Shown here: positions 12,218-23,352 of the stretch, in pieces | Layout: every line of letters begins with the position of its first letter | Position numbering within the stretch: position 1 is the first letter of the stretch | Source: an uncultured Methanoregulaceae archaeon | Lineage (GTDB): Archaea; Halobacteriota; Methanomicrobia; Methanomicrobiales; Methanospirillaceae | DNA length: 64,000 nt | Direction of reading: 5' to 3' | Assembly: GCA_963705255.1 (NCBI GenBank) | Contig: OY970061.1 | Coordinates: 896,001 to 960,000, forward strand | Notes under the pieces: model-generated | Database searches by the model: none | What the model was told of the DNA's origin: nothing | What the model saw: only the letters and a program-made list of their open reading frames with translations | Made by a program: the position numbers and the translations under genes

Positions 12218-13069
12218 ATGTATTGCGTTCCGTTCTTTCTGAATTTTATACCAGCGACGAACGGGATGCGATGATGCGGGTTGCTGTGATCTGCCGGAGG
12301 AGAATCGCCCGGGGAAAGCGGTCCGGGGATCCATCCTGCAACATTTGTATGAGTGATTTCAGATAACGAGTGGTTCTTCCTCCTGCAAAGCAGGAGGACA
12401 ACCACTCTGATCAAGAGTCCGCTGCATCCACACTTAAATTGCTAAAATGGTGCAGGTGGAATTATGTTACCCGCCGGTTCAATGGTTGAACCGGAAAAAG
12501 CAGTGCTGCTGATCTGTGAGAAAAATCCCATGGCCCTTCCATTTTTGACTGGGGGGAAAAGAGGAATGTTTAACCATTACTCATCGATCTGCCGGCTCGT
12601 GATGCCCCCCGCACTTTTCATAGAACTGTGAGATCATCAATGGATCGCTATTGGCGGTCCGATATTTTTTGGGTGTGGCGGTCCTGTTGCTACGGTTTCT
12701 TCGTATCTCACGGTCCTCATACGATGAATGGTACTATTCCGGGCCTGTTTCAGCCCCCGTTTGCCAATCCGGGGATCCCGTTTTTTCCTGCAGTGGAAAT
12801 TATGTCCACGCCCTTGGAAAAGTCACTGTAAATCAAATATTTTCTGAAAAGACTGAATATTATTTGCGTTTCAACCTGCAATTTAGCGGGGTTTAAACAG
12901 CCCCGGTTTTTTGATCGTAGAACAGACCCTGCAAACGGAAAGAACCCCTGTTTTGGGGATCGCCACTCACTTCAGCCCGGCCATCTGCTTTTCCATGCCG
13001 TAGGATGAAAATATCCACAAGAAGACTGAACCGTGGGAATGAATAAGGATTGGGATAAAAGGGGGCGGA

Positions 13070-14539
13070 TTATTCGAAGAGCCGGTAGTTCGGCGCTTCG
13101 TCCGTGATCATGATGTTGTGCGGGTGGCTCTCGGTCATGCCGGCGTTGGTGATCCGGACAAACCTTGCCTTGGTGTGCATCTCCTGGATGGTTTTTGAAC
13201 CCGTGTATCCCATGGCTGACTTGAGCCCGCCGACAAACTGGTAGATAACTTCGCCCACGTGGCCGACATAGGGAGTGACACCCTCCACACCTTCGGGTAC
13301 AAACTTCGTGCTCCCGATGTCCTTCTTCTGGAAGTACCGGTCGCTCGACTGTCCCGTACTCATGACACCCAGGGACCCCATGCCGCGGTACTGCTTATAC
13401 CGCCTGCCTTTCATGGTGATCACTTTCCCGGGGGACTCGTCAGTACCGGCAAACATGCTGCCCATCATGACGCTATCTGCGCCTGCTGCGATCGCTTTTG
13501 CAACATCCCCGCTGAACCGGACGCCCCCGTCAGAAATGACCGGCACGTCCGCACCGTGGGCAACGTCTGCGACCTGCGCAACAGCGGTGATCTGGGGAAC
13601 TCCTGTACCGGCAACGATACGGGTCGTGCAGATTGAACCGGGCCCGATGCCGACTTTGATCCCGTCCACGCCGGCACTGAGAAGGGCTTCTGCAGCCTCT
13701 TTTGTCGCGATGTTACCTGCGATCACTTCCGCTTTGACGCTTCCCTTGATCTCCTGGACCGCAGCGACAACTTTCATGTTGTGGCCGTGAGCGCAGTCTA
13801 CGACGAGCGCATCGACGCCGTTCTGGTCAAGAAGTTCCACGCGGGCAAAATCGAACGGCCCGACCGCAGCAGCAACCCGGAGGTTGCCGGTCCTGTCCCT
13901 GCTTGCGAACGGGTACTGGCGCTTTTCGAGCAGGTCCTGCATGGTGATGATACCGATCAGCTTGCCGTTCCCGTTGATGACCGGCAACCGCTCGACTTTA
14001 TTCGTATACATGATCTCAAGCGCTTTTTCTGCAGTGATGTCTTCATCGGCCACGATCGGTTTTTTGGTCATGATCGTAGTGATCTTCTCATCTCCCCGCT
14101 TTGAGACGATCGCCCGGACATCACGGCGGCTCACGATCCCGATGATCTTGCCCCTGTCCACGACCGGGAGTCCCCCGATACTGTACTGGTTCATCAGGTT
14201 CTCGGCATCGGAGACCGTCGCACTGTCCTCTACGAACAGGACTTCGCGTTCAATCAGCTCTTCAGCCTGCTTGACCACAATAATTTCCTGCAGCGACCGC
14301 TCCGGCGTCATGTTCCGGTGAATCACGCCGATACCGCCCTCGCGGGCGAGTGCAATAGCCATCGTTGCTTCGGTCACGGTGTCCATTGCCGCCGATACCA
14401 GCGGAATATTGAGATGGATCTTTTTCGAAAACTTCGATCTGGTATCTGCTTCGGAAGGCTCAAGCCACGAGGCCTGCGGTTCGAGCAGCACATCGTCAAA
14501 AGTTAATGAGAGTGGCACATCCAGTTTCTCGACAAACAT
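13070..14539 (-). CDS. guaB: IMP dehydrogenase with CBS pair
   Basis: [40 protein letters not shown]. Confidence 0.98.
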   Translation of the reverse strand: MFVEKLDVPLSLTFDDVLLEPQASWLEPSEADTRSKFSKKIHLNIPLVSAAMDTVTEATMAIALAREGGIGVIHRNMTPERSLQEIIVVKQAEELIEREVLFVEDSATVSDAENLMNQYSIGGLPVVDRGKIIGIVSRRDVRAIVSKRGDEKITTIMTKKPIVADEDITAEKALEIMYTNKVERLPVINGNGKLIGIITMQDLLEKRQYPFASRDRTGNLRVAAAVGPFDFARVELLDQNGVDALVVDCAHGHNMKVVAAVQEIKGSVKAEVIAGNIATKEAAEALLSAGVDGIKVGIGPGSICTTRIVAGTGVPQITAVAQVADVAHGADVPVISDGGVRFSGDVAKAIAAGADSVMMGSMFAGTDESPGKVITMKGRRYKQYRGMGSLGVMSTGQSSDRYFQKKDIGSTKFVPEGVEGVTPYVGHVGEVIYQFVGGLKSAMGYTGSKTIQEMHTKARFVRITNAGMTESHPHNIMITDEAPNYRLFE

Positions 14540-14542
14540 GAT

Positions 14543-15229
14543 TCACCTGATCATGGCAAGTGCGGTCTGGATCAAGTCCTCGCGGACCGTGGCATTCCTG
14601 TCCCCGCCGCAGACCATTCCCCGCACGCCGATAATATCCGGGTTGATGCGCTTGAGCGCGTCAATATCTTCAAATTTCAGTGCACCGGCAAGGGCCGTCC
14701 CGAGGCCCAGTTTCCGGTTCTTCTCGGTAAAGTCGCGGAGCTTCTCCTCGGTCATGAACGCAAACGTGCTCTGCCGGTCCTTAATGCCGGTGTCGACCAT
14801 GGCAAAATCCGCCCCGCACTTCGCGGCAATCGGTGCCATCTCGAACGGGGAGATCGTGCTCATCCGCTCGTAATCCGAATAGGCAGCTATGACGACAAAC
14901 TTTTTCGGGAACTCGTCTTTCACGGCCCTGACAACCGCGTGGATGACCTCCTTTGCCTGTTCCTGCCCATCGAATGCCAGCCCGATCTTCACGTAGTCAG
15001 CCCCGGCACAGGCCGCCCCGTAGGCAGCGAGAGATGCCCCGCCTGGCTTGTAATCGAAGTCCCCGATCGCCGCACTCACCGGCTTTTTTGAAAACGACTT
15101 GATCTCGCGGATGACCCAGGGAAAGTTTGCCCCGAGCGATCCTTCGGAAGGTTTTTTGACGTCGATGATGTCAGCGGCGGCGGAGTGCCTTGCTTCGGCG
15201 ATAGAGCTTGGGCTGACCAACAATTGCAT
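14543..15229 (-). CDS. mfnB: (5-formylfuran-3-yl)methyl phosphate synthase (methanofuran biosynthesis)
   Basis: LLVSP, DIIDVKKPSEGSLGA, VSAAIGD, DYVKIG, MVDTGIKD, ALAG, IIGVRG. Confidence 0.93.
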   Translation of the reverse strand: MQLLVSPSSIAEARHSAAADIIDVKKPSEGSLGANFPWVIREIKSFSKKPVSAAIGDFDYKPGGASLAAYGAACAGADYVKIGLAFDGQEQAKEVIHAVVRAVKDEFPKKFVVIAAYSDYERMSTISPFEMAPIAAKCGADFAMVDTGIKDRQSTFAFMTEEKLRDFTEKNRKLGLGTALAGALKFEDIDALKRINPDIIGVRGMVCGGDRNATVREDLIQTALAMIR

Positions 15230-15272
15230 AAAGTTTAATGATCTTTTATCCTAATAGTGATTGCGTTCGCCT

Positions 15273-15944
15273 ATGGAACTGGTTCTTGCGATGGATTTGA
15301 AGAAGAATCTGGTTGTGCATGGTAAATCCGGGAAACGTGCGAGCTACAAACCGCTGGACTGGGGATGTTCCCCGACGGCCGAACCGCATGGTTTTGTCAG
15401 GGCTGTCGCCCCGAAGTTCCTCTACATCGCGGATCTCGACCGGATCGAACGGATCGGCTCGCATGACCGGATTGTTGCGGAATGCGCACGGCAGGTCTCT
15501 GCATGCTACGTGGACCGTGGCTGCCGGTCTCCGGACGATCTCCTCAACGGTTACCGTATCCGGAACATTGTCGGCACCGAGACGGGCGGTGACGACCTCT
15601 CGCGATACACGGGCGGTTTCCTGAGCATCGACGTCGTGGACGGGCGCGTCATCCCATCAGGCAGCGATCCGGTCGATTTTCTCAGGAGAGCGAACGGCTG
15701 GAAATTTGACGGTTGCATTATTCTCAACATCGGTGCCGTGGGAACGGAGACCGGGATCAACAAGGACACGCTCGGAAAAATGCGGGCCGCATATCACAGG
15801 AAACTGTTCTATGGCGGGGGCGTTGCAACCGTTGCAGACCTGCAGGTGCTCAGCGATGCCGGGTTTGACGGTGCGATCATTGCCACTGCCCTGCACCGTG
15901 GTACGGTACCGCTGGCGTGGATCCGGAGGGGACGCTGTTGTTAA
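15273..15944 (+). CDS. HisA/HisF-related TIM-barrel protein
   Basis: AMDLK..VVHG..G.R..YKP, LYIADLD, IVGTET, VG...G, GGGV, ATALH.G. Confidence 0.85.
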   Translation: MELVLAMDLKKNLVVHGKSGKRASYKPLDWGCSPTAEPHGFVRAVAPKFLYIADLDRIERIGSHDRIVAECARQVSACYVDRGCRSPDDLLNGYRIRNIVGTETGGDDLSRYTGGFLSIDVVDGRVIPSGSDPVDFLRRANGWKFDGCIILNIGAVGTETGINKDTLGKMRAAYHRKLFYGGGVATVADLQVLSDAGFDGAIIATALHRGTVPLAWIRRGRCC

Positions 15945-16555
15945 TCACGCTGGAAGGAATTGACGGGAGCGGGAAGAGCACACTGCACGCCGCACTCAGG
16001 GAACCGCTCGCTGACCTCGCCCCGGTCTTCACCTGCGAGCCGGGGGCTACATGGATCGGAGCAGCGGTGAGACGGGCAATTGCAGAACAGATCGACCCTG
16101 TCACGGAAGCGACCCTCTTTGTCGCTGATCATGCCGCGCACCTGGCAAAAGTAGTCCGGCCCGCCCTTGCCGAAGGAAAACTCGTCATCTCTGACCGGTA
16201 CAGCGACAGCCGGTATGCTTATCAGTCAGTCACCCTGCAGGGGATCATCCCGGAACCCGAGCAGTGGCTCCGGGCCATGCACAACAGCTGGACGATCATC
16301 CCCGACAGAACATTTCTCTGCGTCCTGCCGGTGGATGAGGCCCTGACCCGGCTCAAGCCGCAGGACAAGCGGGAGCATTTCGAGCGGCGCGAGGTGCTGG
16401 AAAAAGTCCAGAACAATTACCTCTCCTTTGCCCGCGCCGAGCCGTCGCGGTTCGTCATCGTTGATGCGATGCTGGAAAAAGAAGCGATCGCGAAGTTTGT
16501 GGCGGGTGCGATCCGGCAGGACCTGAAATCCAACAAGAAGAAACGGAAAAAATAA
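15938..16555 (+). CDS. tmk: Thymidylate kinase
   Basis: ITLEGIDGSGKST P-loop, EP, SDRYSDSRYAYQ; TTG start assumed. Confidence 0.95.
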   Translation: MLITLEGIDGSGKSTLHAALREPLADLAPVFTCEPGATWIGAAVRRAIAEQIDPVTEATLFVADHAAHLAKVVRPALAEGKLVISDRYSDSRYAYQSVTLQGIIPEPEQWLRAMHNSWTIIPDRTFLCVLPVDEALTRLKPQDKREHFERREVLEKVQNNYLSFARAEPSRFVIVDAMLEKEAIAKFVAGAIRQDLKSNKKKRKK

Positions 16556-16853
16556 TTTGTCCAAATATTTTCATGAGCCTCCGGCAAAATAATTCCGGAG
16601 CCTTCATTAAATCCCGGTGAGTGGGAATTTTTTTTATTTTTTCACGGAAAATTTTCTGGAAAAAATTTTTGGTTTTTCCTTTTCAAAATTTTTTCAATAA
16701 AAATTCAGAAACAATTTTCAAAAAAAAATTCCGGCCCGGAGAAAAAAATCCGGTCTCAGGCCCTTTCCCTCAACGTCGGAACCCCCCCGAAAACAACCCT
16801 CCCGGGATCCTCATTTTTTGAGCTTGGCAACCTTCCCAATCCGGGCCTTATAC

Positions 16854-16888
16854 GAGCCCCGTTTCACGGAAAAGTGGAAACGGGGCTC
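16854..16888. repeat. Near-perfect inverted repeat with ORB-like arms
   Basis: GAGCCCCGTTTCAC-ggaaaa-GTGGAAACGGGGCTC. Confidence 0.75.
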
Positions 16889-17557
16889 AAATCGGGCTCC
16901 GTTTTGGATCCGCCGACCCCTTGTTTGGCACGAAACTCCTAGTGGATTTGCATGAACAGGGGGTCCGGCAAATCATCACGATTCTACATCGACCGGGGGA
17001 ATGCGATCCCAAGGGACCTGCACTGTCGAAAACCCCGCAAAATCCCCGGTTTGCCGAACGGAGCGTTTTTGAAAAATCGCGTAATACTGGCTCGGAATGC
17101 CAGAAAGAGGTTGTTTTGAGGTTTTTGGGAACAGGGTGAGTTTTCGCATAAAACTCTTTGTTCGACTAAAGAACGGGCAGAGAAAAAGATGCCCGAAAAA
17201 GTGCCTCTATGGGGCTCCGGAGGGCATTATATGCGCTCCATTTTGAGCCCCTTTTGGGGAACGGGGTATGATTCTGGGCTATTCTCACGTCGGAGAATGG
17301 GGTTTACGATGGAGAGAGGGAGTGTCAGGTAATTGAGTTGCCGCGGGGAGTCAATGATCTCATCAGCGATAATTGACCTGAGAAGAATTTTTCAGAATTC
17401 TTTGATTGTGCCCCGGTGGGGACAGCCGAAGGCTGCGGAGAAGACATCAGTCTTCGACTGCAGCGGCAGCAATCCTCATATCAGAATAGAGGCAGGCTAT
17501 CCTGCATATTCCGAAAAATAAAATTTTAAAAATGATCTTGAAAACTATTCAAAAAAA

Positions 17558-20149
17558 TTATTTCTTCGCAATCGTCACGATCACATCCCCGACCGCGATC
17601 ACGTCCACCTTCGCACCCTCTTCCATATAGGAGAACTTCGGGCTGAACGCGTTCCCGGGAATTGCGGTCTCGACACCATCCAGCATGATTATTTTGGGTG
17701 GTGTTTCCAGCTGGGCGGGCGTGAGCGCCCGGACCGCAGTCATGAATGCCTGTGCCTGCTTGCGGAACGTGGGACCGACTACAGAACGGTTAAACTCGAT
17801 ATCGGTGATTACCCGGTCAAGTTTTGCCACGTCCGTGCGCCAGTGGACATCCGCGTTGAGTGTGCGGGCGGTATCACCCTCATCATTGACCGTGTGTGGT
17901 GCATAAATGGAAACTTTGCCGAGCGGAGCGTTGAGCGCGAGACCCGCGTCATGTTTGTACTTCCGTACTTCGGCAACCACCTGGACGAGCAGGTTGCCTT
18001 CGCTGCGGGCATCGTCATCGTCATAGGTGAATGTGACCCACGGTTGTTTGTGGACGCTCTCGCCCTTGAGGTACGAGTAGCATTCTTCGGCAAAGTAGGG
18101 AGTGAACGGGGCAAGCATCCGGCAGAGGGCATCGAACGCGGTGTGGAGCACAAGGCAGGCACTCTTCCGGGCCGCATCCTGCTGATAGAGCCGGCCCTTG
18201 ACGAGCTCGATATAGTTGTCGGCAAGGACATCCCATGCAAACTCGCGGATAGCCTTGAGCGCGACATCGAACTGGTAGGCTTCCATGGCACCGCTGACCT
18301 GTTCCACGGTATCCGAGAGACGGACGAGGAGCCAGCGGTCGGCAAGCGCGGTGACCGGCACACTCTCGTCAAGCCCCTCCTTGCCGAGCTGCATCAGGGC
18401 AAACTTGGTGATGTTCCACATCTTCGTCTGGAAGCGCGATGCGGCGACCACGTCGTTCCAGTTGAACATGATATCGGAGCCGGTCGCGGCCCCCATCGCT
18501 CCCCACTGACGGAGGGCGTCGGCGCCGTACTTGCTCAGGATCTCCTCGGGCACGATGATGTTGCCGCGGCTCTTGCTCATCTTGAAGCCGTCCTCGCCAA
18601 GTACCATGCCGTTGACGAGGATCTCGTCCCATGGCTTCTGGCCGGTCAGGGCGACCGAGCGGAGGATGGTGTAAAAGGCCCACGTCCGGATGATATCGTG
18701 TCCTTGCGGGCGGATCTGGGCGGGGAAGTACGGCGGGGTGCCGCTGCCATCCCAGCCGGTCACGTTGAGAACCGATATAGAGGAGTCCATCCACGTGTCG
18801 AGTACGTCCACTTCTCCGGCAAACGATGTGCTGCCGCACTTCGGGCACGGGTATCCGGGCTTTACGAGTGTCGGATCGACCGGGAGGGTTTTCTCATCGG
18901 GGGTCACCATCTCGCCGCATCTCGTACAGAACCAGACCGGGATCGGCGTCGCGAAGATCCGCTGCCGGGAGATGCACCAGTCCCACTCCATCTGTTCGAC
19001 CCAGTTCTCCATCCGCCGGAGCATGTGCTCGGGATACCATGTTATCTGGTGAGCTGCCCTCTGGATCTCATCCGGCTTTATTTTCACAAACCACTGGCGC
19101 TCTGAGAGGATCTCGATGGGGGTCTTGCAGCGCCAGCAGGTGCCCACGCGCTGCGCAAGTTTCTCCTGACGGCGGAGGATCTTCTTCTCCTCCATGTCGG
19201 CAAGGATTGCGGCACGGCACTCGGTTGCGTTCATTCCCTTGTATTTACCGGCAATGCCGGTCATCTTCCCCTGCCGGTCAATGGCTTTCCTCAGCGCGAG
19301 GTTGTGCTGTTTCCACCAGTGGACATCCTGCTTGTCGCCAAAAGTACAGATCATCACGGCGCCCGAGCCGAATGCGGGATCGACGGCCTCATCCTGGACG
19401 ACCGGGACTTCGTGGCCGAAGAGGGGTACTTTCATGGATCTGCCTTTCAGCTTATGGTAGCGCTCATCGCCGGGGTGCACAGCAACAGCCACGCAGGCTG
19501 CAAGGAGCTCGGGGCGGGTGGTTGCGATCTCGAGACTATCGAAATCGAAGTAATTGAGCGTAGTCTCGCGGTCGTCATAAGCAACTTCCGCAAACGCGAT
19601 TGCCGTCTCGCAGCGGGTGCAGTAGTTGACCGGGTGTTCGCTCCGGTAGATATACCCGCTTTCGAGCATGCGTAAAAACGAGAGCTGCGTCTTGACGTAA
19701 TACTGCGGCATCATGGTGATGTACTCGTTGGACCAGTCCGTGGAGAATGCCATCTTGCGCAGGGTCTGGCGCATCGCCGCGATGTTCTTTATCGTAAGGT
19801 CCCGGCACATCTTCCGGAAATCCTCGCGGGAGACATCGTTCTTTGTGATCTTATTGATCTCTTCCACCTTCACTTCGGTCGGCAGACCGTGGCAGTCCCA
19901 CCCCTGGGGGAACATCACGTTGAACCCCTTCATCCGCTTGTAACGGGCGAAGAAGTCGATGTAGCACCAGTTCAGCGCGTTCCCGATATGGAAGTTGCCT
20001 GTGGGGTAAGGGGGAGGGGTATCAATTACAAACTGGGGCTTTTTCGAATTTTTGTCAAAAAAGTGGTCCTCATCGCGCCAGGTCTTCCTCCAGCGTTCCT
20101 CCACTTCGGCAAAATCATAGTTTTTCGGCAGTTGATCTGATGGCACCAT
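17558..20149 (-). CDS. valS: Valine--tRNA ligase
   Basis: [49 protein letters not shown]. Start taken at MVPSDQ (20149). Confidence 0.97.
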   Translation of the reverse strand: MVPSDQLPKNYDFAEVEERWRKTWRDEDHFFDKNSKKPQFVIDTPPPYPTGNFHIGNALNWCYIDFFARYKRMKGFNVMFPQGWDCHGLPTEVKVEEINKITKNDVSREDFRKMCRDLTIKNIAAMRQTLRKMAFSTDWSNEYITMMPQYYVKTQLSFLRMLESGYIYRSEHPVNYCTRCETAIAFAEVAYDDRETTLNYFDFDSLEIATTRPELLAACVAVAVHPGDERYHKLKGRSMKVPLFGHEVPVVQDEAVDPAFGSGAVMICTFGDKQDVHWWKQHNLALRKAIDRQGKMTGIAGKYKGMNATECRAAILADMEEKKILRRQEKLAQRVGTCWRCKTPIEILSERQWFVKIKPDEIQRAAHQITWYPEHMLRRMENWVEQMEWDWCISRQRIFATPIPVWFCTRCGEMVTPDEKTLPVDPTLVKPGYPCPKCGSTSFAGEVDVLDTWMDSSISVLNVTGWDGSGTPPYFPAQIRPQGHDIIRTWAFYTILRSVALTGQKPWDEILVNGMVLGEDGFKMSKSRGNIIVPEEILSKYGADALRQWGAMGAATGSDIMFNWNDVVAASRFQTKMWNITKFALMQLGKEGLDESVPVTALADRWLLVRLSDTVEQVSGAMEAYQFDVALKAIREFAWDVLADNYIELVKGRLYQQDAARKSACLVLHTAFDALCRMLAPFTPYFAEECYSYLKGESVHKQPWVTFTYDDDDARSEGNLLVQVVAEVRKYKHDAGLALNAPLGKVSIYAPHTVNDEGDTARTLNADVHWRTDVAKLDRVITDIEFNRSVVGPTFRKQAQAFMTAVRALTPAQLETPPKIIMLDGVETAIPGNAFSPKFSYMEEGAKVDVIAVGDVIVTIAKK

Positions 20150-20289
20150 TCGGGTCAAGGTTGGTTGTGAAATAAAATATAGTGATCGTATACTATTCCG
20201 CATGCCTGGCAGGTACATGCCGGTAATCGTGTCTTCCGGGCAAAGGCAGCACAATAAAACTCTTTTTGCTTGAAAACAAATGATGACCA

Positions 20290-21492
20290 ATGCAGAGACA
20301 GCGGGGCCTCGGGTACGCGGCGGCAATCGTGGGGGGCGCCACCCTTGTCGGCCCCTACCTCAGGCCGGCCTGGCTGATGGGACTCGTCGTTATCCTCTAT
20401 GCCCTTATCCTCTGGCGTTTTTTCGATACGAAATATTTAACCTTCACCTTCTGTATCCTTTCCACTCTCTATGGTATCGGGCTGTTGCCGTTCTTCGTAT
20501 TCGCAACGAGCCTCGCCATGCTTGTGCTCGGTGAACTGGTCTTCCAGACGGGCGCCGACGACCTGAATACCTACCTGTACTATATCATTTCCACGGCATG
20601 GGCCGGCGTCCTCGTTATGGCGTACCTCCATGAGACCGCGATCCTGACCATCATCTTCGGCATTATCGCGGCGGTGCTCCTGAAGGTGATCCTGCTCAAA
20701 TACGAAGATTCACTGATGATTGAGGGCGTGGGTATCGCCATGACCATGTGGCTCATCCAGGAACTCAATTACCAGGCCAACCTCCAGATGGTCGTCGCTG
20801 CAGTCATTGTCGGGTTCACGTTCGGGTATTTTGCCTTCCGGTCAAAAACCGCCGACCTTTCCGGGCTCTTCTCCTCGGCACTTGTAGGCATCATTCTCCT
20901 GGTATTTGCTGATGCCAGGTGGTTCATGATTATGCTCACGTTCTTCATCCTGGGTTCCGCAGCGACCAGGTACAAATTCGAATACAAGAAGAGGATCGGC
21001 GTGGAGCAGGGCCAGAGCGGGGCCCGGGGTTACCGGAATGTTTTTGCGAACGGGATTGTGGCTACTGCTGCTGCAGTCCTGTTCGGAGTTTTTCAGCAGC
21101 CGGTCTTTATCGTCATGTATGTTGGCTGCGTAGCGACCGCTGCTGCAGATACGGTGGCGAGCGAGATCGGAGTGACCGGTGGGATCCCCTACATGATCAC
21201 AACATTGAAAAAAGTCCCCATTGGTACAAATGGCGGGGTGACGCTTGTGGGAGAGACGGTGGCACTCCTGGGCGGCTTTGCGGTCTCACTCATCGCACTC
21301 CTTATAGGCGTAATCACACCGTCGATGCTGGTTATCTGCACTCTCGCGGGTTTTGCCGGAACCAATATTGACAGTTTCGTGGGAGCAACCCTCGAAAACA
21401 AGGGCTTCCTCGGGAATGCCGGCACCAACCTGCTGGCAACAATCGGCGGCGGGCTCTTTGCAGTGGCGATATTCATTTTCCTGAAATTTTAA
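20290..21492 (+). CDS. DUF92 (TMEM19-like) membrane protein
   Basis: [43 protein letters not shown]. Confidence 0.9.
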   Translation: MQRQRGLGYAAAIVGGATLVGPYLRPAWLMGLVVILYALILWRFFDTKYLTFTFCILSTLYGIGLLPFFVFATSLAMLVLGELVFQTGADDLNTYLYYIISTAWAGVLVMAYLHETAILTIIFGIIAAVLLKVILLKYEDSLMIEGVGIAMTMWLIQELNYQANLQMVVAAVIVGFTFGYFAFRSKTADLSGLFSSALVGIILLVFADARWFMIMLTFFILGSAATRYKFEYKKRIGVEQGQSGARGYRNVFANGIVATAAAVLFGVFQQPVFIVMYVGCVATAAADTVASEIGVTGGIPYMITTLKKVPIGTNGGVTLVGETVALLGGFAVSLIALLIGVITPSMLVICTLAGFAGTNIDSFVGATLENKGFLGNAGTNLLATIGGGLFAVAIFIFLKF

Positions 21493-21556
21493 ACAGTAAA
21501 AATAGAATTTTCCTCGTTCCGGTTTAATTTCCTTGGTACGGTATTATCCGATAATC

Positions 21557-21813
21557 GGCTTTGTTGAAATCCTCAAGAGAAACATGCAGTCGCTCTTGGG
21601 GGCTCCAGCATTTTATGCTTCCGCCCCCGCCGCTGGGGCATCCCCCATATAGGGATAGTTCCTCAGAAGGTTGATGAAAAAACCCGAAATAACGGGGGTC
21701 AAGGGGACGCTCCCCTTGGGATGCCTCCCCCGCTGGGGGAGAGAGGGGGTCACCCTCCTAACCGCAGGAGAGTATAAGCAAATAAATCAGAAAAATAGGG
21801 TTTCAACAGAGCC
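21557..21813. mobile_element. MITE with IS5-family (IS903-group-like) terminal inverted repeats
   Basis: Left end GGCTTTGTTGAAATCCT and right end AGGGTTTCAACAGAGCC match at 15/17 positions as inverted repeats. Flanked by the direct repeat CGATAATC (21549-21556 and 21814-21821). 257 bp, no transposase. Confidence 0.88.
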
Positions 21814-21819
21814 CGATAA

Positions 21820-22662
21820 TCAATATTTATACCAGCGTCCCTTGCTGTCATATTCACCGCTCATCTGCTGCTGTATCACGACCGGGCCCCCGGCTATTTT
21901 TTTGAAAAAACAGGCCTTGTAACTGTAAAGGATGGGGATGAGGAGGAAGCCGGCAAGGAATACGATGACTGCAGTGATCCACATGCCGTCAGGACCGATG
22001 ATAGCAACAAGTTGCTCCGGGGTAAATGCCTGGAGTTGTGCCTCGGTATACCGGGTGATCGGTTCGAGTTTGTCATAGAGAAACGCTTCCCAGACCACCA
22101 TCAGACAGAAAACGATGCCCAATGTCACGGCAATGCTGACCACGATAAACGCGATCACCTCGGAAAAGTGGGTTGTTACAAGTCCGATACTCCGGTGAAT
22201 GGAATCAAATACCTTCCGCCCTTCAAACACCGCTGCGGTATCGAAAAAGAGCGTGAGGACGAGACATGGGATCATGATACAGAATGTGACGATGACCATG
22301 AAGGCCGGGTCGGGTGTTGACCCGGTGAGCGTAAAGGTGATGATGATCAGGACAAACACCACCAGGATGGCAAATATGATGACCAGCTGTGGGAGGAGCA
22401 CGGGGAAATGGTACCGGATTCCCCCGCCGACCAGTGCCCTGAGGTCCCCGCCATTGTTCCTGATGATGAGAAGCAGTCCGGTAGTAAACAGGAGGAGCAA
22501 AAGCCCTGATACGATAAGGAGCCGGCCTGCGAAAAACGTCCCCGACAGGTTGAGGATGATCCAGAGCACTGCCGCTGATAACCCCCCGATCAGGCCGGGG
22601 ACCCAGAGCAACGGCATCCGCCGGAGAAGATGGAGAGCCTCCTTGAATTCAGCGATCGCCAT
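21820..22662 (-). CDS. Hypothetical membrane protein
   Basis: 280-aa ORF with about 6 TM segments and C-terminal GEYDSKGRWYKY; coupled to the upstream gene. Confidence 0.8.
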   Translation of the reverse strand: MAIAEFKEALHLLRRMPLLWVPGLIGGLSAAVLWIILNLSGTFFAGRLLIVSGLLLLLFTTGLLLIIRNNGGDLRALVGGGIRYHFPVLLPQLVIIFAILVVFVLIIITFTLTGSTPDPAFMVIVTFCIMIPCLVLTLFFDTAAVFEGRKVFDSIHRSIGLVTTHFSEVIAFIVVSIAVTLGIVFCLMVVWEAFLYDKLEPITRYTEAQLQAFTPEQLVAIIGPDGMWITAVIVFLAGFLLIPILYSYKACFFKKIAGGPVVIQQQMSGEYDSKGRWYKY

Positions 22663-22664
22663 CG

Positions 22665-23255
22665 TTACCGGGTCCTCGGCATGGCAACGATCTCGCGTAC
22701 CTGGAGGTCAAAGAAACTGCTGGTGTGCGCAGGGCGGATAACGCAGACCGTGTCAGCACCGCTTGCAGTCCCGCCGGCAGCAACAACCTCACCGGTTGCG
22801 CTGATTGCGCCCTGGTCAGCGGCAATCAGAACGCATTCGACGGCCACTTTGAGACCCACTGCAACAACCCGCCGGAGGGCTTCAGCGATGGCTTCCGTGC
22901 GGGACCCGCCGCCGACTTTTGTCGAGCGGGAGAGTGCCCGCTCCAGCCCGGAGAGGGCATGGGTACCCGTCACAATCCTGACCCCCTGCTTCTGCAGGCT
23001 CTGGGCAGTCTCGTGTGAAAATTCCCACTCGCCAGGTTTTGCAAACCCGACCACATGGGTGACGACTACGAGCTGGAGACCGGACCCTTTCATTGCATCG
23101 AAGAAGATCTGCGCAGTCTTACCGGACGTGCTTGCAACAACCACAATCTTGAGGTTGAGTTCTAGGGCACGCTGTACGGAAAACCGTGCAGCGTCCGCAG
23201 TGTTCTCCTCGCCCGGCCGTTCAAAATAATAGGTTTTCCTCTCAACAAATGTCAT
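22665..23255 (-). CDS. Pyruvate kinase alpha/beta domain-containing protein
   Basis: YFERPGEENT, VVASTSGKTA, VVTH, HALSGLER, GLKVAVEC.LIAADQG, GGT..GADT. Confidence 0.88.
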   Translation of the reverse strand: MTFVERKTYYFERPGEENTADAARFSVQRALELNLKIVVVASTSGKTAQIFFDAMKGSGLQLVVVTHVVGFAKPGEWEFSHETAQSLQKQGVRIVTGTHALSGLERALSRSTKVGGGSRTEAIAEALRRVVAVGLKVAVECVLIAADQGAISATGEVVAAGGTASGADTVCVIRPAHTSSFFDLQVREIVAMPRTR

Positions 23256-23352
23256 GAGTACCTTTTATTAAGCCGGGATGGAAAAACTTTGTCAGACTCT
23301 GTTCATACTGATAATTGCGAATTTCATTATAATCAAGTCTGAGGAACCTTCC

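Noticed and set aside
17843-19105. Long alternative ORFs (420 aa here; also 10290..11204, 28724..29734, 31312..32418, 38316..39350)
   Set aside because: Antisense shadows of GC-rich real genes with no recognisable motifs.
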